Made by a program: the position numbers and the translations under genes. Below the pieces are notes generated by a model. The model saw only the letters and a program-made list of their open reading frames with translations, was not told where the DNA came from and searched no databases. Of a stretch of DNA of 64,000 nt, positions 38,635-54,317 are shown one piece after another. Position 1 is the stretch's first letter, and each line of letters opens with the position of its first letter. Source of the stretch: Eledone cirrhosa (Eukaryota); the NCBI GenBank assembly GCA_964016885.1, contig OZ024758.1, positions 10,912,001 to 10,976,000 on the forward strand, given 5' to 3'.

Positions 38635-39058
38635 ATATATATATATATACACACACATTATTTTACACATGCGGACAATCCTCGTTTTACGTCGTTTCGT
38701 TATAACTTCGATGGCAAAGTAAAACTAGATACAGTAAAATAAAATTTGGTAAAATATATGTCTCTTATACTGAATGTTTGATTAGAATTCTTCTTTTCTT
38801 TCTTTTGTAACCTGATACGAATGCAATGACGTATGGCGATAGTAATCAGTCAACCATTTTTATTTGATGATCGTCACCTAAAATACAATCTTTGTAAATC
38901 TATCATCTTCTTCTTAGAATATAAAATAATAAAATAAAAACGATGAAAGGTAAAGAAGGAAATTGCATTTAACAGATACAAAACAAAAAGACTTCTACAA
39001 CGAGCATAATATCCACCTACATTACTCTTTCTTCGATGTACTGAGCACAGTGCACACA

Positions 39059-39105
<47 letters not shown>

Positions 39106-39290
39106 TTCAGCGAAATTTCGAAGCAAACAGACCGTATATATATACAGTGAGAGAGAGATAGACTTGGTATATATATATATATATATATAGGTATGTATAC
39201 ATATATATATATAGGTATGTATACATATATATATATAGGTATGTATACATATATATATATAGGTATGTATATATATATATAATAGGTAGG

Positions 39291-39397
<107 letters not shown>

Positions 39398-39516
39398 TAT
39401 ATATATATATATATATATAGGTATGTATACATATATATATATAGGTATGTATACATATATATATATAGGTATGTATACATATATATATATAGGTATGTAT
39501 ATATATATATATAGGT

Positions 39517-39551
<35 letters not shown>

Positions 39552-41420
39552 TAGGTATATATTGTCTGTTTATTTCGAGGTTTCGCTGAAATTTTCGGCT
39601 TGTCAACTCAGTAAGCTTTATATGAGTTCTTCATTGTGTGTATATTTGGTGTACGTATAACACTAACTTATAGCACACACACATACACACACAGGTATAG
39701 TGTACGTATAACATACACATACGCACGCAGCATGCACACACACGTCAATATTTGTAAGAACGCTGGCTACTCTGGTACTCATTGCTCGTAGTTGGTTGTC
39801 ATGGTAACAACTGGCTGCTGTTTATTCTTTTGACAATAACGAATATCATGATTTATTTGATTCTCTTGCTCTGAGTAACATGATTATATATGGTAAACCG
39901 CTTAAATATAGAAGAAAATAATTTTTTAAAACAATAAAAATTAGAATTTTATTTCAAGACAAATCTTATTATTTTGAAGAAAGCATAACTATATTGAAGT
40001 ATGTATGCTAAAAATATTCCATTTCAAAATGAAATTTCAAGTAAAAAGGAAACACAAAAAAACAGGTCAATTTAATTTCAATATTACTCAGACATTTTCA
40101 CTCCTTTGTATGTTGGTGCTTTTTTTAAATGTTCACTGGTGTATGTATGTTGGTTGAATATCGGTTTCATTTACAAAGAGAATTTCTCCAACGTGTTGCC
40201 AGTTACTGCAAAACCTTACTGTTTTTTTTTTTATTGATCCGCCATAACAAGAAAGAAAGTAACGTACTTCTTATTTCTCTAAGCTCTATTTTTCTTTTTG
40301 TTTAATTTAAAAAAAAAGAATATTTCCCACAACTGTTTCTAGACCTACCTAATACGGTGTGAAATAGTAACGGTGTTTGCTCACAGTTTTCTAAACGGTG
40401 CTAATTATAAATACCTACAAAAGTATATTGAATGAAACTTGACATATATAGCTGGGAAGTAACTACTCTCTCCACACTGCACAATTTCTAATGAACAACG
40501 TAAATAAAATGGAAATTATCTCTTATTTCTTATTTATTTCTTAATGGAGAAAGGAACTTTACATTTTCTGTCGTCGTGAAATTTATTTCATTTGACAGCA
40601 GTCTGTGAAATCAGATACAATTCATTGCAATTCTTTTAATGTTAACTCATCACGTGGCTTACTTAAGTTTGTGTCGCTGATAGGAAAACTTGAAATAATA
40701 TATTTCCAGTTGTTAAATCAAATCTATTGAAATAACTCAGTGTGTCGCAACAGCTGGTTGAGTTGTTAGAGAGCTAGATATTTTAAATGTCAAGACTGGT
40801 ATAGCAATTTCAGATTGCCCACAGCTTTACTTTAGCTCTCATGTAACTTGAAATCTTCTTCAGGTTACGTACATGTAAAATGAAGTCTATTTTAAATTAC
40901 CCTCGGATAATTTCATTTCAACTCTTATCATTTCGGGGAAGTTAACACTGCAACATTTTTGTGTAAGTTTATAGTTAACAGAATAACCTCACCTATACCT
41001 GGATTAACAGTTGATATTTTTAATCTAGTGATAAAGTTATCATCAGAAACAACACCATTCTTATAATCACGGCTGTCTACTGTGAAAAGGTTGCAATAAA
41101 TAAATAAAAAAACTACACAACCATTTCATCTGGAATATACGAATTATGTCTAACAACGTTGGTGAACCGCGTAAATTTATTGTTCTCCACTAAATATGAA
41201 AGATACATATATAAAATAGTTATTTCCACAGATACATAGAGAGAGAGAGATGTTTCATACATACGTACATATGTGTATATTAGTATTACTACTACTATTA
41301 CTACTACTACTACTACTACTACTACTATCATTATTATGTATTATATTAAAATATATGCTCCTCGTTACAGATGGTTACGTGTTTCGTTCTGTATCAACTC
41401 TTTCACACAAACAATATAAA

Positions 41421-41855
41421 TGTGTTGGTGTGTGTATATATGTATTTATCTATAACACATCAGTGTGTGTATGTGTTGGTGTATATATATGTATTTATCT
41501 ATAACACATCAGTGTGTGTATGTGTTGGTGTATATATATGTATTTATCTATAACACATCGGTGTGTGTATGTGTTGGTGTATATATATGTATTTATCTAT
41601 AACACATTTGTGTGTGTATGTGTTGGTGTATATATATGTATTTATCTATAACACATTTGTGTGTGTATGTGTTGGTGTATATATATGTATTTATCTATAA
41701 CACATCAGTGTGTGTATGTGTTGGTGTATATATATGTATTTATCTATAACACATTTGTGTGTGTATGTGTTGGTGTATATATATGTATTTATCTATAACA
41801 CATTTGTGTGTGTATGTGTATGTGTTGGTGTGTATATGTCTATTTATCTATAACA
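41421..41855. repeat. 49-bp minisatellite, ~9 copies
   Basis: tgtgtgtatgtgttggtgtatatatatgtatttatctataacacatcag repeated. Confidence 0.95.
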
Positions 41856-43464
41856 AATCTATGACATGTGTCGACAGATAGATACACAGGCAGATAGATT
41901 GATAGATAAATAGATAGATAGATAGATAGATAGATAAGAAATCAGTTAGTATCTACTGTGTAACATACTCTGCTAGAAATAGCAGTCAATTGTTCGGTTA
42001 TTAAAAGCAACTGTTTTACCAATGAGAAGGACATACTGGGTAATATAGTCCTAGAAACATTGTGTAGACGTAAAACTATCAAAATTGGAGGAAGAAGAAA
42101 TCGATTATATCAGCCAGAGCATGTACGGTATTTGTTCTGGTTCTCTACATCTGACTCCAAATCAAGTCAAGGTCAATTTTCAAGGTCATCTTTCCGTGGT
42201 CGATACAATAAACTAACAAATATATACTGGAATCGATATAATTGACTTCAACTTTCTCTAAAATTACTGACCTTGTTCCTAAATAAGAAACCATAAAACA
42301 AAACTCGTGTTCCTGTTATTTGAAGACATGATGGGGAAGGAGAAGTGTGAAAAAAGAGAAAGAACGATTATGGAATTATAAAAGAAGTAAACTACTATAT
42401 ATCTATTAAAATAATATATATATATCTATATATCTATTAAAATAATATATATATAGATATTATTTTAATATATATATATATATTATTTTAATATATATAT
42501 ATCTATATATAGGTCAATTTTCAAGGTCATCGTTCCGTGGTCGATACAATAAACTAACAAATATATACTGGTATCGATATAATTGACTTCAACTTTCTCT
42601 AAAATTATATATATCTATTAAAATAATATCTATATATCTATATATAGGTCAATTTTCAAGGTCATCTTTCCGTGGTCGATACAAATATATACTGGAATCG
42701 ATATAATTGACTTCAACTTTCTCTAAAATTACTGACCTTGTTCCTAAATAAGAAACCATAAAACAAAACTCGTGTTCCTGTTATTTGAAGACATGATGGG
42801 GAAGGAGAAGTGTGAAAAAAGAGAAAGAACGATTATGGAATTATAAAAGAAGTAAACTACCATAAAGGCGTCTGTTAGTTTCATTGTTCAGTTATATAAA
42901 ACAGATCAATGCTTATCACTAATAGTTATCTGTCCGCCACTGAGTAAACATTTATTGAAGTACTACAGTAAAAAGCCTTTTACGAAACTTTGTCTCCAGT
43001 AATACAGAACCCCCCCCCCAACAGATGAACACGCAAGAACGTATATGTATATATATATATATATGAAATGTATGTATATATGTAAGTACACGCACACACA
43101 TATGTATATGTGCATATTATATAGATATTTATATACATATATATATATATATATATAAATATTTATGTACAGCACACCATGTATTGAAAAAATCTCAGAT
43201 AAGTATAATGTAAGAAGAAATACATTTTATAAGCCTCGCTGTGACACTATAAACAGAAGTAAAAGCACCATGTTATTCTCTTTGTAAAGAGAAAGAGATA
43301 AGAAATTGCTTTTACAAGTTTTACGGCTAACTGGTTTATCAAAGAACAAGTATTTTTATCATTTAACTTCATATCCACAAACAAGGCCATAACCAGATGC
43401 TATCACATTAATGGTATTTTAAATTATATATATACACACCCATGTATATCTATCTCTCTCTCTC

Positions 43465-44008
43465 TATATATATATATTATATATATGAATTTTATATATA
43501 AATTTCATATATATATTATATATATATATATAAATTTCATATATAATATATATATATAAAATTTATATTATATATAAATTTAATATATATATATTATATA
43601 TAAATTTTTTATATATATATTATATATAAATTTTTTATATATATATATTATATATAAATTTTTTATATATATATTATATATAAATTTTTTTATATATATA
43701 TATTATATATAAATTTTTTATATATATATATTATATATAAATTTTTTATATATATATATTATATATACATTTTTTATATATATATATTATATATACATTT
43801 TTATATATATATATTATATATAGATTTTATATATATATATATATTATATATAAATTTTATATATATATATTATATATAAATTTTATATATATATATTATA
43901 TATAAATTTTATATATATATATATTAAATATACCTTTTTTATATATATATTATATATAAATTTTATATATATATATATATATTATATATAAAATTTATAT
44001 ATATAATA

Positions 44009-44045
<37 letters not shown>
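43465..44045. repeat. Almost pure A/T ~30-bp degenerate tandem array
   Basis: tatatataaatttttatatatatat units. Confidence 0.95.
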
Positions 44046-44048
<3 letters not shown>

Positions 44049-45059
44049 TGTGTATGGGTGTGTTCATAGATTTGTATGATACACTTAACATGCACTGAAT
44101 GAACAACTAAAATACTATTTGTAGTTTTAAAATAATATATATCTATATATCTATTAAAATATATATATATATATATTAAAATAATATCTATATATCTATT
44201 TTAGTTTTAGTCACTCTTTACTTTGAAGTTTCCTTCATACCCATTCGCTTTTAATTAACAAACAACACGGGTGCTAATTATATGCAAATTAGTATATCAA
44301 TTTCAGAATACTAAGAGTGAATGGGTGTATAACTCCACCAAATATGTGTTTTTTTTTTATCGTAGTTTCTAATGAAAGACCAAATTAGATTAAAGTGTTT
44401 ATCAGTTTTAATTTTTCAATTTACAAGGAAATTTGTATTTTCTGGCATGTGTACATGTCTGTATATTAGAAATATTTATATTTATATTGGTGCAATCTTG
44501 GCTCATAAATATCTGCATATTTTCAGAAAGATTTTTAATTTGCTGAGTTTCTGCGCTAAAGCAATATCCCTCTGTTTTTATGTAATACGTATTCTTTGTC
44601 AACTCCCTTCTTTCATACAGTCGTTCATTAACTTTTATATCTTGATCATGGCCGTTGACTTCAGTTTTAGTTGAAGAGAAAGAAAATAGACATAAATATA
44701 TGTTTCTTTAAGATTTCAGATTTATTTGTGGAGAAATCGCTTGTTGCAGTGTGCATTCTCTCTAATGATCATTAACGAAGTGTTTGAAGGAATGCGACCG
44801 AAAATTGATTTGCTATATAAAGGCCAACCATTTTCTTTCTAAAGAAGCTTCCTGCTATAGATTTGATGATCTCTCCACCTAGGAAATTAAACTTGAAGCT
44901 TCGACGTGGTACTTTCAAGTACAAACGAGATAACATCTGACACGTTTGGAAATCTGGCAGTGCAGTGCAAATATCGTATTAGCAACGATTATAATAACAA
45001 TCAGAGTCAAGCTGTCACACTATCCAACTGCAAATGAGTGAACCACTATTTGATAACCT

Positions 45060-45200
45060 GACGTGCTAGAAATAGCAGAAAAATCTTCCTCAAATCACAC
45101 TACACCGTCTTAAAAAAGAAGGACGTTCTGGATATACAATAAGATGATATACTTATGACTGTAATGATTTTGATCATAGGTCTTTTCTATCAGGACTGTC
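45060..45200 (+). mobile_element. Old dispersed repeat 'tgctagaaatagcagccaaat' family (also ~13998-14080, ~22392-22500, ~41970-42060; minus ~31920-31980, ~60815-60840)
   Basis: Recurrent tgctagaaatagcag..aaat...ctgtcttaaaaa..gaaggac motif. Confidence 0.6.
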
Positions 45201-46046
45201 GTATACCCATCAACATAGGGCGTTTCTAGGACACGTTTAAGTCTGGCGGAGCCCATCTCCTCTCCAGGTCTGAATATAGCAAATTTCTTTCAGAGAAAGA
45301 TAGTGTGAGAAAATGGAAGTGAGGAAGAGACACCTAGGAAAAATCGGCCCCAAAACCAGACTAGTACTTTTTTTATCAACTTTTAATGGATGAAAGGTGA
45401 AGTTGACCTTAGCGGGATTTCGACTCAGAGATCAGAAAGCTGAAAGGAATGTCACAGAGCATTCTATCTGACGTTCTAACGACTCTGCTAATTCGCCGTC
45501 TATCCAGTTATACATAGATATATACTGTAAATTTCATTATGTTATATTTGTAGATAATATAACCGATATTACTTTATACGTTGTCTTGTGTTGAATAATA
45601 TTATCAATACTTTATCTTAATTCAAGTGAAATGTTTTAGATATTAAATCCGCAATAAATATATTACAAATAGAAAGTGATTAATCTTATTTTTTTATTAC
45701 CATTATTTTATTAAAGCGACTTTTACTATTTTAGTAAAACATTAATTCACTTTTGTTGATATAAACATGTTCTATAGTTTCTATACATTTACACCAGACA
45801 TATGTGCCATATTCAAAACAGAGTTCGTTAAATTAATTATCAAATTTTATTGCTTATGTAAAATATCGTCTGTTTCATAAAACTGTCTCACCAAATGACT
45901 GACGATATGGCATTTATTGATGATTAAACATAATTAAAAGACGAACATTAAACTTAGTTAAAATTGACGGTTACTGTTTCTAAATTCGACTGGATATTAG
46001 ATCAATAGATCTAATTGAAAATTACTGATTTTTGCTCTTCAGTATT

Positions 46047-46330
46047 ATCTCTGTATATCGATATCAGAAGCGATAGTTCGATCTCTGTATATCGATATCA
46101 GAAGCGATATTTCGATCTCTGTATAACAATGCCAGAAACGATAGTTCGATCTCTGTATAACAATGCCAGAAACTTTAGTTTGATCTCTATATAACAATGC
46201 CAGAAACGATAGTTCGATCTCTATATAACAATGCCAGAAACTTTAGTTCGATCTCTGTATAACAATGCCAGAAACGATAGTTCGATCTCTGTATAACAAT
46301 GCCAGAAACTTTAGTTCGATCTCTGTATGA
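46047..46330. repeat. 34-bp minisatellite, ~8 copies
   Basis: atctctgtataacaatgccagaaacgatagttcg repeated. Confidence 0.95.
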
Positions 46331-46510
46331 CGATGTCAAGAGCAATTGAGGTACAATACATGTGAAATAGTTCCTATTGCAAATTTGAACTGTTTTGCAG
46401 GCTTGGCTCGGCTTGGGGACATATTCCTTCTACACTACGGCATGGCATGTACGTCTATTTCTGAAATTATACATCATCCAGTTGGAATTAAGTGGCCATA
46501 CATTATTTGA

Positions 46511-46691
46511 GTGGATTGGCAGTATAGGTAGAGAGTCGGACGCCATGCTTTCCAGCATAGTTACGTCTCTTTACGATCTGAGTTCAAATCCCGCCGAGGT
46601 TAACTTTGCCTTTCATCCTTACGGGGTCGATAAAATAAAGTACCAGTAATGTACTGGGTAATTTGCTGGCCTTGTGCCTAAAGTAGAAACA
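46511..46691 (+). mobile_element. Same SINE family
   Basis: Full body; TSD attatttga at 46502-46510 and 46692-46700. Confidence 0.9.
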
Positions 46692-48467
46692 ATTATTTGA
46701 TCAATTTCATTGCTGAATATTAATGAATAATATATAATAAACTTTGGTTCTTTCCTTTCTATGTTCCCAATTACATTGACTAGCATAATTTCCTCAGTGA
46801 TAATCATATTTGGGATCAAGAGACCAGTGCTATGTCTTACACATAATGAAAACTTCGTTATTTAGAGAAGAGAACGAAATTTAATTATCACGATACACAT
46901 TATTTCTAATAAAATATGCGCTTTGGCATAGAAACTTCTACAAACAATGATAATACTGGCGGACAAAAATACATACAAGCATGCTTGATATGAATACAAG
47001 GATATTTTAGTATATGGTGGAGAATATTTGTCTAGTAAATTCAATATATGATAGGTGGTACCTTGCTTTTCATCAATAAATTAGTCGTCGTTGTTGTTGT
47101 CGCTGCTGCTGCTGCTGTTGTTGTTGTTGTTGTTGTTGTTCTTGTTGTTTCTGCATAATAATACTGCTGCAAGCATTCAAAAGATGGGGGGGGGGGGTAT
47201 ATAAATCTACATTGGCTATAAGTCGAGGTGGCGGTATCTATGTCTAGATTGTCCATAAGTTTTTTTTTTTTGGGGGGGGGGGGGGTATCTAAGTCTACAT
47301 TATCTATAAGTCGGTGTGTGTGGGGTGAGGGTATTTAAGTCTACATTGTATCGATAAGTCGGTGTGTGTGTGGGGGGGGGGGGGGGGGGGGGGGTATATT
47401 TAAGTCTACATTGTATCGATAAGTCGATATTCTCCAGCAAGAAATATTTTGAGAAATTCTTCATTATTTTCAAAGTGATTAGAAAATCACAAGAAGTGTC
47501 TTTGGTAATGAAAGGGTTAAAATATCTTGCTCATCTCTATATTAATTTTACCACCTTACATAAAACCTTACATACCCCCTATATACCCCCCCCCCCCCCG
47601 CACCGTCTCCCTCTACCCCCCCCCCCCCCGCCACATACCCCTAAGGTTATAAAATGAAGACAAGGAAAATATAGAATAAACAATGAATGGTTAATGATAG
47701 AAATCCTAAAATATTTCTACATTAAATTTATTTCAGTTAATGATGTTGGTGTTGATGTTGGTGGTGTTATTGGTGGTGGTGGTGGTGGTGATACGGGTGG
47801 TCGTAGTGGTGGTGGTGATAGGGGTGGTGGTGGTGGTGTTGATGTTGGTGGTGGTGTTGTGGTGTTGATGTTGTTGATGTTGTTGGTGGTGGTGATAGGG
47901 GTGGTCGTAGTAGGGGTGGTGCTGTGGTGTTGATGTTGGTGGTAGTGTAGGTGGTACTGATGATAGTGGTACTGGAGATGGTGTAGGTGATCAAAATAGC
48001 AATGGAATGGCTGGTGTAGGTAACGGGGGAAACGGAATCTGGTGGGTGGGCGGTTGGTGATGGTGGTGACAGAGGTTGGTTGGGTGTGGGTAGTTGTATA
48101 ATAGTTGTAGTGTGGGTGGTTGTAATTGTAGTGTAGGCTGTAGTGTATGTGGTGCTGGAGAGGTGGAATCATATTTTGCTGGTGGCGTTTTAAAAGAATT
48201 CATTTCATATCCACTACCCCCCCCCCCGCTCCGAATAACAGATAATGAAGGCAATCACTTAATTATAACATTGCTTGTTATAACATAGTTCCATTGTTAG
48301 AGTGCAAGGTTTGTGGGTAAGTTCTGGAAGACTTTATCACTAAGGCGTTTGTATAGAATTAATGATCGATAGGGGAAGATGTGAATTGATACGTATCGAA
48401 AGGATGGATATTGGCTTGTTTACAATATTAATTTATATATATATATGTGTGTGTGTGTGTGTTCGCG

Positions 48468-48533
<66 letters not shown>

Positions 48534-48541
48534 TACATACA

Positions 48542-48572
<31 letters not shown>

Positions 48573-48665
48573 GGGGAGGGTTTTAGATATTAGAAATCCA
48601 TAATGAGAAACCACTACAAGAATCTATTTATAAACAAACTTTTTTATGTATGTATCTGCATACGT

Positions 48666-49192
<527 letters not shown>

Positions 49193-49921
49193 GATGGATA
49201 GATAGACAGCTAGATATGTAGGTATGATGCTAGATAGAAATAATAGAAATATCTATGTCTTTAGGTAAGTAGATATTTGGCATACAATATAACATTTTGT
49301 CATGAAAACCTCACGAGAATTGTACAATAGAAACGACATCTTTACCACGACTGTGGCTGAAAAGCCAACAACTTGTCATCCGTTTCCTTTACCGAATATT
49401 TAGGCTAATGTAAAGAAAGTAGTGTCGAATTTCACTATTGAAGAAGATGATATTACAACGTAACAGCTTCGAGTTCATAAATGCTCACAACTGTCGCAGA
49501 TAAGGTGATAGATTGTTGGCGTTGACTGGTATTGTACATCCATTGTGTACTTAAATATGAGCTCTAGTACCTTTTAGAAAAAGAATCAATAACTACTCTT
49601 ATAACCTTAATGACAATTAGATAAAAATATTCATCTGAAGAATTAACCGCCATAATGCATGACAGGTTGGAGGGGGGAGGGGGGATGTGTCGATATGTCT
49701 TCATATGTCTTCATATGTCTTCCTATTTCACGAGAAAAATGTTTGTTTTAACAGATGAAACCTAACAATAATTAAAGGAAGGATTTAGATCGCATTACCA
49801 ACCTTAATGTCACAAATTATATTTTGCCAACTAATATTATTGGTGATTTTTGACAACATTTATAATTATATACATTGCAAGGAAACAAAATCATATCTTA
49901 TTAGCAAAATCTTGCTAATTA

Positions 49922-50178
49922 TTAACCCTCTCATTACCATATTTCTAATGAAACACAATTATTTTGGAAAATAATCAAGCTCTTTCAGAAGTATAGTAAA
50001 ACAACTAATTTTCGCGTAAGCAAGATAGTTTTTAAAACATAAAATTTCTTTTAAATATAACTTTAAATTATTATGGAATCTTTATATTTAGTATGAACAC
50101 TTGAATTAAAAAAAAAAAAAGGTTTTTATATCATAGAATCAGTCACGGTTTCCGTCACTTTGTTTTAGGTAAGGTTAA
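49922..50178. mobile_element. TTAA-flanked piggyBac-like MITE (partial inverse copy ~47450-47520)
   Basis: TTAA-ccctctcattacc ... ggtaagg-TTAA; the second locus ends ggtaatgaaaggg-TTAA. Confidence 0.5.
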
Positions 50179-50867
50179 TGAACTAGTTTCCTTTTCTTAA
50201 TGATACAGTTTCGTATGTATATGACATGACATCACTTCATTTAAGCTTAAGTAACGGCAATATTTTCTTTTTGCTGTTTCAATTTCAACTGACAGACATT
50301 AGTTGGGTTATACAAATGACCTGAGTTTTGTTAAGCGACAGAATAACTATAGACATAGCATAGCTGAACGTCTTAAAGCTGTAGGACAGACTAGACGAAA
50401 TAGTCCCAGATAAACAAACAAAATAACTACTAGATAAAGTAAGAAATAAGTACTTGTGTTATTTTATGTCTTAGTATCTCATTTCATCTCTTTATATTGC
50501 TATTTATATTCTATACATACTTGAAACATTTGAACTAAACACACTTTAGCTGAAACAACATGGTAGAACTTCACTGAATACCGAAATACTTTATTTACAA
50601 ACGTAAATCTTACAGTCATCTTCACTAAAACACATACACACACACTCACGCATGCACACACACACACACACACGCATCTGTGTGTGTGTGTGTTAAGCTA
50701 TCTATATAAATATACTTGAAGCCATATTTAGACTATAGTATACACATTACATCTTAGAAAGATCAAACAGTAAACATTGTGCATATATGTATATATGGAT
50801 ATCAACATATGTATATATGTATACATATGTGCATATGAGTGTATCAGCATACGTATATGTGTATATG

Positions 50868-50898
<31 letters not shown>

Positions 50899-51394
50899 GC
50901 ATAAGTGTATATCATTAGGGCGCCGGGTTGAAAATATCTCGCTGTTTGTTCTCAGTATTTGTAATGCATATACAAAATGGCTACATAGACAGGGTGGTGC
51001 CCCAGCATGGCCTCAGCCGGATGGTTGAAACAGGTAAAAGAGTGAAAGAGTATGTTACTTATTCAGAGTAAGACCGGACCAAGAAAAATGTCTCCATTGG
51101 TCTTATTATGTCTGATACTATCTCCTAGGAGTGGAAGGTGAGATTCGAACTTAGAGCGTTGAGAGTCGTATCGGATACGTTACCCTAAGGCACCCGCCTC
51201 ATCCCCACTCTTTAACAATTCTACCAATCAATCACGCTGGGCTGAGACTTTATTTATCGACCCCAGGAGGGATTAAAGGTAAAGTTGACTTTGGAAGTTT
51301 TTGAACACAGACCGAAGAGAATCGGAATAAATACAAAGACTTTTTATTCCAACCATATCAGTTCTGCCAGCTTGCCGTTATTGATCATAGTGAT

Positions 51395-51580
51395 AGAGCG
51401 GTGAATTGGCAGTATCGGTAGAGAGTTGGACGCCATGCTTTCCAGCATAGTTACGTCGCTTTACAGTCTGAGTTCAAATCCCGCCGAGGTTAACTTTGCC
51501 TTTTATCCTTACGGAGTCGATAAAATAAAGTACCAGTAATGTACTGGGTAATTGCTGGTCTTGTGCCAAAAGTAGAAACA
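51395..51580 (+). mobile_element. Same SINE family
   Basis: Full body; TSD gttattgatcatagtgat at 51377-51394 and 51581-51598. Confidence 0.9.
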
Positions 51581-51681
51581 GTTATTGATCATAGTGATTT
51601 AAAATAATTCGATCTACTAACATACAAATCAAAATACTAAAATAATCATTCTTTGTGTTCTCATATTATTAATATACAACC

Positions 51682-51839
51682 GGTGGATTGGCAGTATCGG
51701 TAGAGAGTCGGACACCATGCTTTGAAGCATAGAGTTACGTCCCTTTATGATCTGAGTTCAAATCCCGCCGAGGTTAACTTTGCCTTTCATCCTTACGGGG
51801 GTCGATAAAATAAAGTACCAGTAATGTAAAATAGAAACA
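51682..51839 (+). mobile_element. Same SINE family, with internal 3' deletion
   Basis: TSD attattaatatacaacc at 51665-51681 and 51840-51856. Confidence 0.9.
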
Positions 51840-51962
51840 ATTATTAATATACAACCTCATTAAATCTAGGAATTTAATGTGAAAAACACTGAAAATCTCA
51901 CAACAGGAATGACAGCAATTATGGTAACTATAGAGTTCTGCTATGTGGTCACTCTGCTAGAA

Positions 51963-52028
<66 letters not shown>

Positions 52029-52279
52029 TATATATATATAATGTATATATAAATTCTTTTGTTAACCTGTTTAGCTTGCTTCGTTTTTTTTGGTTCAGGT
52101 GACTTATAGCTTCACGGCCACCGTTTTCATTTCGTCTGGCCTCTATAACGTATGTTAATTGCTCTGGTCTTCTTTTAGTCCATTGAGCGCTTGCCGCATA
52201 ACTCGAAATTTGCGTTCCGGTCTGTTTTTGGCCACCGCCGAAATACGATCTCGCTGAAATTATATTTATAAATATATAC

Positions 52280-52368
<89 letters not shown>

Positions 52369-52529
52369 TAATTCAGCGAGAATCGTATTTCGGCTGGTAG
52401 AAAAAGCGAAACGAAACGCAAAATCGTAGAAATGCTGGCAAGCGCTCAATAGTTAAAAAAAACTAGAGCTAAATATATATATATATATGTACACACACAT
52501 GTATCTCTCTTTCTCTCTATATATAAATA

Positions 52530-52620
<91 letters not shown>

Positions 52621-52734
52621 ACTGTGTATGTAAAAGGCGGGGTTGTCACAACCAAAATATCTTTTGATCATAGTTCTCCTTAATCAGATCTGACCTCGAT
52701 CTGAACACGAGCTACCGCAACAACAACAACACCA

Positions 52735-53116
52735 CCAACTTCATTCTATCATCATCATCATCATCATCATCATCACAATCACAAACTACTACTACCATCA
52801 TCATCATCATCATCATCATCATCACAATCACAGCTACTAACATTATCATTACCACTACCATCATCATCACAACTAACATTACCACCACCAACACCACCAC
52901 CGCAACTACCACCACCACTACCACCACCGCCACTACCACCACCGACACCACCACCACCACCGACATCACCACCGCCACCGCCACTACCACCATCGACACC
53001 ACCATCGCCACTACCACCGCCACTACCACCACCACCGCCACTAACACCGCCACTACCACCACCACCACCACCACCACCACCACCGCCACTACCACCGCCA
53101 CCGCCATCATCATCAA
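52735..53116. repeat. (CAT/CAC)n low-complexity tract
   Basis: Directly visible. Confidence 0.9.
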
Positions 53117-53403
53117 CTGATATACTATGGAAGAAGTGAAAGTCTGTCTCGATTGGTTGTTTGTTATAGAGTTATATAGAATTTCGAATTATTTCCAATT
53201 GGTAAAATCAATAGTCTAAAAATAAGGTTAATTCGATGACATTTGTGAAGTTATCGATGAGAAGGAACAGATAAGATCAGTAAGATCATGTGACACTAAT
53301 TGCAGTCTTAATGTCATCTTTTCTCTTGCTTTTCCTCATTCTTGTATTTTACTCTGGCTTCACGGCCATGGCTGCATGTCTTCTGAAGTGTGTGTGTGTG
53401 TAA

Positions 53404-53435
<32 letters not shown>

Positions 53436-53448
53436 TTACATTTATGCA

Positions 53449-53469
<21 letters not shown>

Positions 53470-53484
<15 letters not shown>

Positions 53485-54276
53485 AAATTAAGTATGTGTG
53501 TCTGTGTGTTACCTATAGGGGCCTACATCTTACGACCGATTTTCATAAAACTTTACAGGCTTATAGATTAGTCATCTAGGAGTGTTTTCTATATATCAGC
53601 GTATCATTTGTTTTTTTATTCCGGGGTCATTCTGCAGATAAAAATCGATAGGGGAGGGGTCACCTATTTTTAGGTATCGTAAAATAAGATTTTTCGCTCT
53701 AACTCCCACATTTTGCCACCGATTTCGTTCAAATTTTAAAGCAAAATAGAATTTATCATTGCACATCCTGTAATGGCTTTATATTTTGCGTTTGTTGTTC
53801 AGGGACTGCGTGGCAGCCGCTTAAATATTCAAAAATACCACTTTTAGACTCAAATTTCCACTTTTTCGGTTCTAGCTCCCACATTAATCAACCTACTCTG
53901 TTCAAATTTTACACTACGCTAGATCTGATTATTTCACATCTTACATTTTGGATTTTTTGTTCAGGAACGAACGGCGTGGCAGCCGCTTAAATATTCGAAA
54001 ATACCAAATACCACCTTTTCGCTCAAATTTCCGCCTTTTCGGTTCTAGCTCCCACACTTTTCAACCGATTTCGTTCAAATTCGAAACTCCCTCCCCCAGC
54101 ATGCCTCTTCGTCAGTCACCGGCGCTTCTCAGTGATAGAGGTCATCACCACCCTCCCCCGCATGGCCTGTGTGTGGCCATAGATGAGTCATCGAGAAGCA
54201 GTCGCTAAGATCAACACCTTTTCATCAAAGCAGATATTATTTTACCTACCCAGGCAACGCAAGGTACTACTGCTAG
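53470..54276 (+). mobile_element. Non-autonomous Helitron
   Basis: 3' end cccaggcaacgcaaggta (degenerate hairpin) followed by CTAG (54273-54276) then T. 5' end resembles tatatataaaa..gtatgtgtgtctgt. Internal repeats of accgatttcgttcaaattt. Confidence 0.7.

Positions 54277-54317
<41 letters not shown>

Noticed and set aside
46047-46330. 34-bp repeats of CRISPR-like length
   Set aside because: Contiguous tandem units without spacers.
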